From NCBI GenBank assembly GCA_964016885.1, contig CAXHJY010001232.1, positions 62,001-126,000 on the forward strand: 64,000 bases of DNA, given 5' to 3'. Of the stretch, positions 25,879-36,399 are shown one piece after another; position 1 is the first letter of the stretch, and each line of letters begins with the position of its first letter. The notes beneath the pieces were generated by a model. The model did not search any database. It saw only the letters and a program-made list of their open reading frames with translations, and had not been told where the DNA came from. The position numbers and the translations under genes are program-made. The stretch comes from Eledone cirrhosa (Eukaryota).

Positions 25879-26360
25879 TTGGGCCTTCTCTGTTTATAAG
25901 GAAGAGAGCAAAAGGAAGAAAGGAGCACTTGCACAACACGCTCCTGGAGTTGAGGGTTGTTCTATCGACGGGGTATTAAACAACCCATTTGTGGCGCCTC
26001 CCCCCTATTGGGGATTTCGATTGTTGTAATTGTTTGTTTTTATATTTTTTACACGACTGTATGTAAAATCCCCGGCATGTCTTTGTATTGTCCCCTTTTC
26101 TTGTGCACCCTTGTGGCTAATAAAGAAATATATCTATCTATCTATAACCAAAGATTAATATGGTATGGTTCGTTGATTACTCAACGAATACAATATTACA
26201 ATAGATTAGAAGCACTCAACAAGATATTTTCCTGGAGTGTTTAATATTATTCAAAGTAGCGGTATGTCACATATCAATTCATTTATTTTGTCTGATGAAA
26301 ACGTACTTAAACACCATTGTACGTTTGAAATATATATAATAAAATATATATTTTTATTAT

Positions 26361-26730
26361 GAGAATCAGAGTGGAGAGAGAGGCACTGCACCCCAGTAAA
26401 TTTACTGAAAGGTGGGTGAATGAAGCGAAAATGGCCCGAGTGATTGGGCCTTCTCTGTTTATAAGCCTGTAGGTTAAAGAAGAGAACAAAAGGAAGAAAG
26501 GAGCACTTGCACAACACGCTCCTGGTACTCCAGGTGATGAGGGTTGCATATTTTTTCGGGGGTATGTGTTACCCATATGAAATGTCTCCCCCTATTGGGG
26601 AAAATCGATTAATTTTTAAATTATATTTGTGATAGCATTTTACATGTTTTTATTGTATGTAAACTTCCTCCTTTGTATTTGTCTCCTTCTTTTGTGCCCC
26701 TGTGGCTAATAAAGAAACATATCTATCTAT
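26361..26730 (+). mobile_element. Tx1 3' fragment (copy 4), chimeric
   Basis: First ~165 bp are near-identical to copy 3 (25797-25947). The remainder is near-identical to the copy 1 3' UTR (7888-8090). Confidence 0.88.
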
Positions 26731-27274
26731 ATAGTTGGGAGTATATCTATCTGTAAGTGTTTATGTATCTACATAAGAACCTATATAAGTTGTATAAAGG
26801 AATAAAGACAATACTTGGAAACATGACACTCCCTTAGTACTGCTGTGCTGCAATGATAAAATACACCAAATACATTGTCATGTGTCAAAATATGTAATGT
26901 ATGTGTAAAGAGTTGGTATATGATTAACCCATGTCTGTAGGCAAAGCTGGACGTAAAATGAGGATATGTGTATGTGTGTGTGTGTGTAGGGGGGTGGGGG
27001 ATATAGCAGTTAGGGTGCTGGGCTCATGACAATATGGTCATTATATCATTGAGTAAGGTACTTCAGTTCATGTTGTTTCTGTTATTCCATATAAATCAGG
27101 ATAAGCGCCAAAGCATAGAAAAACATAAAAATGACGCACATACACATACGCGCGCGCATTTAGGCTTCAATGCAGAACCAGGTGTGGTGGCTTTCTAAGA
27201 GATTTTGAATGTCTAGCTGTGTGTAATAATAATAATAATGACTTCTTTATTTATTTATTATTAAATAATTGTTT

Positions 27275-27452
27275 CTACTTTAGGCACAAGGCCAGCAATT
27301 AACCAGTGCATTACTGGTACTTTATTTTATCGACCCCGTAAGGATGAAAGGCAAAGTCAACCTCGGCGGGAAGTGAACTCAGATCGTAAAGGGACGTAAC
27401 TATGCTGGAAAGCATGGTGTCTGACCCTCTACCGATACTGCCAAACCATCAC
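27275..27452 (-). mobile_element. tRNA-derived SINE
   Basis: Reverse complement of 51187-51372. Confidence 0.85.
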
Positions 27453-27574
27453 TCTATTTATTATTAAATAATAATGAGAAATTCCAGTTAGTCAGTTATG
27501 TATGAAGTAGGAGTGACACCTGATTTAAGAATCACCTATACAGGAAAACTGAGTTAATTATACAAACTATCCTG

Positions 27575-27790
27575 TTGGTCTCCCAATTATAGGGGGGGGG
27601 GGCTTGTGAAGGTTTTTGTTGGTTTCCCAATTATAGGGGAGGGGGGGGGGGGGGGCTTGTGAAGATTTTGGTTGGTCTCCCAATTATAGGAGGACCTGTG
27701 AAGGTTTTCGTTGTCTCCAAATTATAGGAGGGCCTGTGAAGGTTTTGGTTGGTCTCCAAATTATAGGAGGGCCTGTGAAGGTTTTGGTCA
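27575..27790 (+). repeat. Minisatellite, 5 copies of a ~38-55 bp unit with variable G-runs
   Basis: TTGGTCTCCCAATTATAGG(G)nGCYTGTGAAGGTTT repeated. Confidence 0.85.
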
Positions 27791-27958
27791 CTTCACTTTC
27801 TTCCAGACCAAATCAATAAAACAGAAAACACTACAAATGATGAGTTCAGAATGTATTACCTCACAACGAATGCATTTGGGTTAGAGTATTATTAATTCAA
27901 AAGCTCTTATGGATTCAGTGGTTTAAGTTTATTATTTTTTTTTTTGGTAGAAGACAGT

Positions 27959-27959
<1 letters not shown>

Positions 27960-27990
<31 letters not shown>

Positions 27991-28105
27991 CCATCACCAC
28001 CACCACCACCATCATCATCATTATCATCATCATTTTTGGCTTGGTTTCTAAGGCTGAATGCCCTTCCTAACACCAACCACATCTACAGTGTTGGACTGGG
28101 TGTTT
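27960..28105 (-). mobile_element. 3' end fragment related to the RTE at 1298-4820, with (GAT)n tail
   Basis: The reverse complement reads CACTGTAGATGTGGTTGGTGTTAGGAAGGGCATTCAGCC, matching 4655-4693. (CAT)n at 27960-28033. Confidence 0.75.
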
Positions 28106-28379
28106 CTTTTTATCATGGCAAAGTTAAACTCAAAACAGAGCAATATAAGTAAACACTGGTCTGGCATTCTATTTCTCTTTTAATATTTGAAAGAAGAGAA
28201 ATATATAGTTAATTATATTGCACCCCGACTCACCAGGTTTCTTACTGGTACCTTGAAAGGATGAGAGGATATGTAAAGTTGACCTCTTTAAAATTTGAAC
28301 ACAGAATGTTAGAAGAATTTAAAAAAAGCCCTTATACTTTTTGTCTTAACAATTTTGCCATCTTTAGAGCCTCTTAATA

Positions 28380-28780
28380 ATTGTTTCTCTTATAGGCACA
28401 AGGTCAGCAATTTAGGGGTCTGGGTGGGGGTGGGGGGAGTCGATTATATCAACCCCAGTGCATTACTAGTACTTTATTTTATTGACCCTGTAACGGCGGG
28501 ATTTGAACTCAGAACGTAAAGAGCTGTAACTCTATACTGCAAAGCATGTTGTCCGACACTCTACCGTTACTGCCAATTCGTCGCTCTAGCAATCACAATA
28601 ACAACAATGATTTCTTATATAGGCACAAGGCCAGTAATTTGGGGAGAGGGGAAAGTCGATTAAATTAACCCCAGTGCATTACTGGTACTTTATTTTATCG
28701 ACTCCCGTAAGGATGAAAGGCAAAGTTAACCTCGGCGGGATTTGAACTCAGAATGGCAAGGACTGTAACTCTTGCAATGA
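28380..28780 (-). mobile_element. Two tandem SINE copies (28380-28588, 28610-28778)
   Basis: Each has the AGGCACAAGG...CCCAGTGCATTACTGGTACTTTATTTTAT...GGCGGGATTTGAACTCAGAA pattern. Confidence 0.8.
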
Positions 28781-29166
28781 CATCGTATATATATGTATAT
28801 ATGCATATATACACACATACATACATGACATCGCACACACACACACAGATACACCTACACACTCATTCTCTCTCTATCACACACACACATATATACATAC
28901 ACATATATATTTCTCTCTCTCTCTCTCTCCCTCTCTATATATATATATACACACACACAAGCAAATGCATACCTACATACATACATACAAACACACACAC
29001 ACACATACACGAGCAAATACATACATACATACATACAGACACACACAAACAAATACATACATACATACATACAGACACACACACACCCATACATACATAC
29101 ATATATACAGGCTGAAACACACACACGAGCAGATACGTACTTACACACAAACATATATACACACAC

Positions 29167-29683
29167 ACACGTCCTATCGTTTCCGCCTGTAACAGCCCCA
29201 CCGAAATCCTCTCACAATACCTCGATACCCTCCTCGTCCTCTTAGTCGCCGACCTCCCCTCCCATATCCACGACATCAATCATGCCCTTAGACTTTTCAA
29301 CTTCTCCTTCTCTCCTGGGTCCTCTCGCCTTCTCTTCAACTTGGACATCACCTCTCTCTATACCATCATCCCTCATCATCCCTCCATGCTCTCCGACCCG
29401 ACACTTTTTTCCCTTACGCCCCACCTCTTACCCCAGCACCTCCACTCTTCTCCGTCTTGCTGAGCTTGTTCTCACCCTCAATGGGTCTTTCTTTTCCGGA
29501 GGTCTCTGGGTTAGCCATAGGAACCAGAATAGGCCCGAACTTGTTTGCTGGGTACGTCGAGGCCCAGATCTTTTCCCAGTACACTGGACCTATCTCTGAG
29601 CTATACGGTCGTTACATCTCTCCTTAGTCTAGTGTTTTCATATCACTCAAACCTTCACCACCTCCCTCTCCGAATCTTCTGTC

Positions 29684-29741
<58 letters not shown>

Positions 29742-30075
29742 TACACATTCGCCACAACTTCTGTACTCCCATCTTCTACAAACCCATGTCTCCCTCTCCT
29801 ACTTCGGCTTCACCTCCTTCCACTCCATCCACACCAAACTCTCTATACCCTACTCCCAATTCCTCTGACTTTGCCGACTCTGCAGTCAGGACTATGATTT
29901 TGAGATCCATTCTCAACGCACGGCTTCTCGCTTCATCCAGCGTGGATATCCTCCCAACATCATTCAAGCTGCATTTACCCGCGCCCATGATACTGACCGC
30001 ACTATAGTCCCCCCCCCCCCTAACATCCGCTTTCCTACCTGCTCACCTACCACCCGTCTACCTTACCACAACGTC
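29167..30075 (+). mobile_element. Degraded Penelope-like RT fragment (same family as 40443-42851)
   Basis: RPIVSACNSPTE, LDITSLYT, LAELVLTLN and SIPYSQFL motifs across frames. Confidence 0.78.
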
Positions 30076-30079
30076 ACTC

Positions 30080-30655
30080 AGGGTCATCTTCACGAGTGAT
30101 AGAAGGCAGGAGGCTGAATTAAGTGCAAGAATTGCAGCGCTGGTGCATTAATGCGCCAGCTTTAGCATTCGGTAATCAGAGGGAGGTAGGTGTAAAAGCC
30201 AAACTCGGTATCTTCAATGCAGTATTCATTCCAACCCTTACCTATGATTATGAATCTTGAGTAATGACCGAAAGAATATGATCGTGAATACAAGCGACCG
30301 AAATGGGGTTCTTCCGAAGGGTCAGTAGAGTAACATTACTCAATAGAATGTGTAGCTCGGAGATCAGAGAGTCACTCCAGGTAGAGCCGCTACTTCTCCG
30401 AATTGAGAGATCACAGTTCTGATACTATGGGTATGCCTTTAGAATGTCTGAAGAAAGAATCACTGGGCAGATGTTATGGGCAAAACCAACTGGCAGGAGA
30501 CCCAGGGGAAGAACCCGAGCAAGCTTGGCTGATCTCACTTGGGGATTCAGCTGGATCAGCTTCAGATTGTTGCTTCCAACATGACTCACTGGAAGGATTG
30601 TTTCAGGACTCTGCCCCCACGACCCTCTCAGGAATAAGTGGGTGAAGAAGAAGAA
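30080..30655 (+). mobile_element. RTE (Expander/Rex3-like) 3' fragment
   Basis: Encodes AKLGIFNAVFIPTLTY..ES*VMTER..IQATEMGFFRRV and GRRPRGR. Ends in (GAA)n. Confidence 0.75.
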
Positions 30656-30949
30656 TACATATATAAGGACACCCGACCGTAGAAATCATGCCTAATAAAC
30701 AACCTATGAACAAACTGAGGCCGCTCTTACCTGTCTGGTCTCGGATCTTAACAACCCATCTAACTTATGCCAGCATAGAAAGCGGACTTAAAACGATGAT
30801 GAAAAAGAGCAAATGTTCGTGCAAAGACAACGAAAGTTTTCGATAGATATGAATATAATATTGAGACACTCCCTGAGAAACGCTGTGTATGTATGTATAT
30901 GTCGCTGTATGTGGATGCATATGTCGCTGTATATGTATATGTCACTGTA

Positions 30950-31925
30950 TATGTAGGTGTTGTAACAACAACTGGGGACCTCTCACTTCCAGGTGAAAAA
31001 AAAGTACTATTTGGATGGCCGTTCACTCTGCTGAGTTTCTCCGCCCTTTGCCGCGTCTTGTATTTAATCCTGCAGGGTGTCCAAATATCACCCTCCTCAC
31101 CAAGCAAGCTTGGTGGGGTTGCCAGTTTAGTCACCGACTACCCGACCATGAGACAGGTTGTACTGGGTTACATGTTATCAGTAGCACACAAGAGTGACCT
31201 GACATAAGACACATACATATATACATACATAAATACATACATACATACATACGTACATACATACATAAATACATACATAAATACATACATACATACATAC
31301 ATACATGATGGTTGCCTCCTCGTTATCGAGTATGGCCATTGCACGTTATACCATTATTAATAATTAATTCTATCGTGCAATGCCTGTGCGTGAAGATATT
31401 TTTTAAAGTGAGGAAAGACTATGCACCGAGCCAATCCCACTCTCTGAGCAACAGTAGCTATAACCCGAAAAGAAGAAAAGATCAACATCATCGGTAACTA
31501 CTGAGCCGCAGGTTTTATATCGGAGTTATCCCAGTTTCCTGAGTTGCCTTCTCGTAGAAGAATGCCCTAACAAAGGCTAGGGTTCCTTCACTCCCAGTGG
31601 TTTAACCGCGCGATTGGGTGTCCAGCCCGACTATTTCTATGTTCCCGCACATATACATACACATGCACCCATGTATATATACATATACATATAAATACAC
31701 ATGTACATGTGTATATACATATTTACACACTTTTGGATGGCCGTTGACTCTTATGAGTTCTTCCGCCCTTTGTCAGGTTTTGTTTTTTGTCCTGCAGGGT
31801 ATCCAAAAACACCCTCCTCACCAAGTAAACTTGATGGGGTTGCCGGTTTAGTCGCCGACGACCCGACCATGTGACAGGTTGTACTGTGTTACTTGTTACC
31901 AGTAGCACTCAAGAGTGACCCGACA
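30950..31925 (-). mobile_element. Fragments of bipartite non-autonomous RTE-BovB derivatives separated by (CATA)n
   Basis: Head modules at 31010-31203 and 31732-31924. A 3' end CCATACTCGATAACGAG..GCAACCATCAT+(GTAT)n lies at 31305-31350. Confidence 0.72.
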
Positions 31926-31986
31926 TAATATGCATACATAAATACATACATACATATATATATACATACATATATATATACATATA

Positions 31987-32593
31987 TGGTGGTGGCTGCC
32001 AACTCGTTTTCGAGTACGGCCACTACTTTATATCCATGTAGGAGAACCCCTACCGATGCGCTGAACGTGTGTGACTTTTTAGTCCAGCCAGCGACTTGAA
32101 AACTCTGGTACAAACACTACACTTGTGACAATTATTGACACATTGTGCTGGGCCCATCGTACCATGTAATGACAAGTGCAGAGAGATCTCCAGATATAAA
32201 GCAATGCCTGTGCCGTGAAGCTTTTATAGTGAGCAAAGGCACTGCACAAAGCCAGTCCCACTCTCTCAAGATGATATTTACCAAAAAGAAGAACAAGTCA
32301 ACATCATTGGATACCATCAGGGTTGCAGGTGTTATATCAGAGGTTTCCTTCTCCTAGAATTCTGCCTTGACAAAGGCTAAGGGTCATCTCTCCCGGTGAT
32401 TTTGGATGGCCATTGACTCTTAAGAGCTCCTTTGCCCTTTGACAGGTTTTGTTTTTAGTCCTGCAGGATGTCCAAAGTCACCCTCCTCACCAAGAAACCT
32501 TGGTGGGGTTGCCAGTTTAGTTGCCAACGACCCGACCATGAGACAGGTTGTACTGGGATACATGTTACCAGTAGCACCAACTGGTGACCTGAC
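31987..32593 (-). mobile_element. Complete ~605 bp bipartite non-autonomous RTE-BovB-derived element
   Basis: On the minus strand: RTE-type 5' UTR (..CTAGGAGAAGGAAACCTCTGA..), residual coding end CSVCTRVFKSLAGLKSHTRSAHR*, then GGCCGTACTCGAAAACGAG..CAGCCACC and a microsatellite tail. Confidence 0.8.
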
Positions 32594-34288
32594 ATATACA
32601 TACATACATATATATATATACATACATATATATGGCAACCGTTGTGGTCAGTGTCCGATAATCGGAGGTGTGTAATTACGGCTTACATGAAGGCAACATA
32701 CCATATACTGGAAAAAGTTGAGCTACATTACGCGGTAAGATTACATACAATAATTCTACATAAGTGTTTGAACTGTAAGTGTGTTGTAAAACACCTAATA
32801 AATACAAAATATTAGTGAACAGACGAACTCATCATGGCAAAACGTACAAGTCTCCTTCGACCAAATCGCAACTACAACCGTTGTATACAGTGGAGCTACG
32901 AGCTTAACAAAGAATTATATGAAGCATACAAACAATCTGAACCCCAAAAGTTCGGTTTTATGCAAAGGCTAAAAACTTTATGGAACTCCAAACACCCAGA
33001 ATTATTCTTTTCTCCAAAGCATTTAAATGAACAGGCAAAACGTATCATTAGATGTAAATTGATACATCTAACGGAATTGAGTGATACTACAAATACAGCC
33101 CTTGTAGACAACCACCCCACCTCCACTGACAGACAAAGAGAATGGCCAGCTAAATCTAACAGTGAACAGCTCACCAACAATTTTGCTGAAATCCATCCCA
33201 CTTCCATTGAAGAACAGCGAGAATGGTCAGCTAACTCTAGTAGTAATTGTCACCACATCAACAACGAGGCTGAAATTCATGACTCTACTGTGGACACCTT
33301 ACAAGTGATATGGGACGATATGTTTCAAGAGATACACAGCCTTCATGTGAGTGACAGACCATACAACACCAGAATCAGTAAAGAACCCACTAAATTGGAA
33401 TTGGAAGCGGTGAATGAAATAGCTGGCAATTAGCTGAAGGCTATACGATCTAAAGGTGTAGAAACGACATTTGAAACGCTTCATATTTTGTTATATGTTT
33501 CAGCTGTCACATTGCTATCATATAACACACATCTAAAACCACGCAATCAAGATACAAACAAAAAGCCTGAACCAGCGTGGATGCGAAATTTAAAAAGCAA
33601 AATTTTGTCCCTGAGACGAAGTATCCCACACATCGCAGTCATTATGAAATGCAACATAGAGAGCAACTTCACACGACACCAGGAAGACTTAAAAAAAAGT
33701 TAGAGAGATGATTTGGAGATACAAAATTTAAAACTTTGAACTCCAAATTACACCAGTTGAAACAACTCACAGCTACAACAGAAAGACTAAAATATAAGTC
33801 AACAGCACATAAACGACAAGTGCTAAATACATTGTTTGCCAGAGATCCTAAATCAGTTTATCGCAGCTTCGGTGGCAAAAGCTCAATCCCTGTAACTGAC
33901 ACCCCTTCAAAAGAACAGGTTGAGAGTTACTGGAGATCTGTATGGGAAACGGATGACGGATTCAACAGACAAACTAATTGGCTAAAAGGACTGGAACAGG
34001 ACTACTGCCAACAGGTCCAGACAAAACAATGACATAGATGGGTCAATACTGGAAACAGCTCTACAGAAAATGTCGAATAGGAAATCACCAGGCCCAGACC
34101 TTATTACAGGATACTGGTTGAAGAATTTCACTTTCTATCGGCAAGATCTCATACGGCTGTTTACAGAAACCATTAAGGGTACACAATAACTGCCCAGATG
34201 GTTATCAACTGCCACTACTCTCCTCATTCCCCAAAATAGCCAAACCACCCTTGCTAAAAATTACCGCCCAATAGCCTGCCAAAACATC

Positions 34289-35746
34289 ATGCATAAATTA
34301 TATACTGGATGCCTTAACCTGTTCTTACAGGATCACTGTGCTACCAACAACATCATAACACCTGAGCAATCTGGTGGAAAGAGGGGGGTGTGGGGTTGTA
34401 TAGATCACCTACTAACTAATAAAATGATTCAAGAAAAAACAACAAAGAATCGCAGAAACATGACTGTGGTGTGGCTGGACTATCAAAAAGCATTTGATAG
34501 TGTACCTCATGGGTGGATTATTAAGGCTTTACAGTTAGCTAAAGTCCCACAACCATTGGTAGCTGCTGTTGAACGCCTGACCAAGAACTGGTACACCAAT
34601 TTGATCCTTAGAGGTGAGAAGGAGCAAGTTAAGACTGATAAGATACATTACCAGAAGGGCATCTTTCAGGGTGATAGCTTGTCAGTGCTACTCTTCATTC
34701 TCTCACTGAATCCACTATCTTACCTACTCAGGAAACAAGGTGGACAAAGAAGTAGGCCCAGAAGTATCTCCCATCTTTTCTTTGTTGATGACCTGAAGTT
34801 GTATGGGCCAAATATCAATGACATCAAGAAACAATTGGACCTCATTACACAGTTTTCAACCGACATCAAAATAAAATTTGGTGAGTCCAAGTGTGCATAT
34901 TTGGCAGTAAAACGTGGAAGAGCTGTGCCCTCCTCTAGAAATCTAGAGATGAACGGCCTGACAATACAACCTCTGCAGTCAGGTGACAACTACAGATATC
35001 TTGGACAGGATGAGAATGTCAGATATGATGGACCCATAAATAAGGAGAGAAGCAGAACTGAATACCTCAGAAGAGTAAAGAAAATATGGTCATCAGAACT
35101 GTCAGCGTACAACAAATACATTGCCCACAATACTTATGCTGTGTCAATTCTAACGCCAACATTTGGCCTGCTGAACTGGTCATTGCAAGAACTAAGTGAG
35201 ATGGATGTTAGAACTCGAAAACTTCTCAGTGTTACTGGGAACTTTAACATCAATGGTGATGTGGATAGGCTATACTTCTCACGCAAGGAAGGTGGCTGGG
35301 GTCTAAAATCCATATTAACATCATACGAGACCCGGATAGTAACACTGAAACAACACCTTCAACAGAGGAAAAAGGTTGGGAACCATCTTGCCCAGGTTTA
35401 TGAGCATGAAAAAAAAAATATCATTAGAATAGCCACTGATCTGGTGGAGAGATATGGAATAAAGCCTGATATAAATCTCTCACCCAGAGAAATCGGAAGA
35501 TTCTATTCAATGTTCAAACAAGATGAAAAAATTGACCAATTTACAGAAAAAGTTGTGCATGGATACTTGAGGCGTAAAACACAGACCATAGAGGTGATAA
35601 ACCACTCAAAAAGCCTGGCATGGAGTTCCGACAAGTTTATGACATCACACCTTGAGGGATATCTCTATGCAATACAGGAACAAGAACCCCCTACCAAATA
35701 TCTGCTGCACAAAAGGGGAGGGCCATCAACTGACAATATAATGTAA
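34289..35746 (+). pseudogene. R4-clade RT domain fragment
   Basis: 485 aa open segment containing the RT motifs above. Confidence 0.88.
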
Positions 35747-35792
35747 AACAAAGATCGAGGATGTAAGCCACATTGTTGCCAGCTGTGAAACA

Positions 35793-36305
35793 ATGTCATC
35801 TCGCTACTACCTCCCCATGAGACACGATGGGATAGCTAGAACCATCTGGAACGCACTTCGGAAAACAAAATTAACAACAAACGAGGAAGAACATATTCAG
35901 ACAGATGGCACTAAGGAATACTGGTGGAACCTGAAAATAAAAACTGCCACCAAATTAAAGCACAACCGGCCTGATATTGTTGTTTGGGACCACACATTGA
36001 AAACGTGTTCTGTTTTGGAGATCAGTTGCCCACTTGATGTAAACGTTGTCAGAAAAATACAGGAGAAGGAGGACATCTACGGACCATTGATGAGGAGTTT
36101 ACAAATCCAGTATCCAAGATACACCTTTAGCTCCATACCCATCATTATTGGAGCTACGGGTTATATACCAACCCGTTTGGACCAAAGTATGACTGAACTT
36201 GGATTTGCGGACAAAGAGCGCAGCTCCCTAATTCATAGTCTACAAATGGCTGCGATAGCTGACACCTTCAAAATTTGCAAAACATTCTTGCGATTCAAGG
36301 GATGA
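35793..36305 (+). pseudogene. R4-clade RLE (PD-D/ExK) endonuclease fragment
   Basis: RHD...NRPDIVVWD...EISCP...KEDIY...PIIIGATG. Confidence 0.88.
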
Positions 36306-36399
36306 CAATTTCTTTTCTTTTACAACCTTGCCACCAGGAAAAAAAATATACTCGAAATTAAGAGAAAGAGATAACATAAATACATACATAAATACATAC

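Larger units (their letters stand above)
20381..26145 (+). mobile_element. Tx1-clade LINE copy 3, full length, with several stops/frameshifts
   Basis: 5' UTR, ORF1 20745-22431 (knuckle CFRCGSTAHIKASC at ~21560), ORF2 22462-~25900 (APE-RT-CCHC), 3' UTR, then AATAAAGAAA+(TATC)n. Confidence 0.95.
32633..36378 (+). mobile_element. R4/Dong-clade non-LTR retrotransposon (RT + restriction-like endonuclease), copy A, near full length, degenerate
   Basis: NYRPIACQN, WLDYQKAFDSV, GIFQGDSLS, HLFFVDDLKLY, IQEQE, RHD, RPDIVVWD..LEISCP..KEDIY. Flanked by (CATA)-type repeats. Confidence 0.9.
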
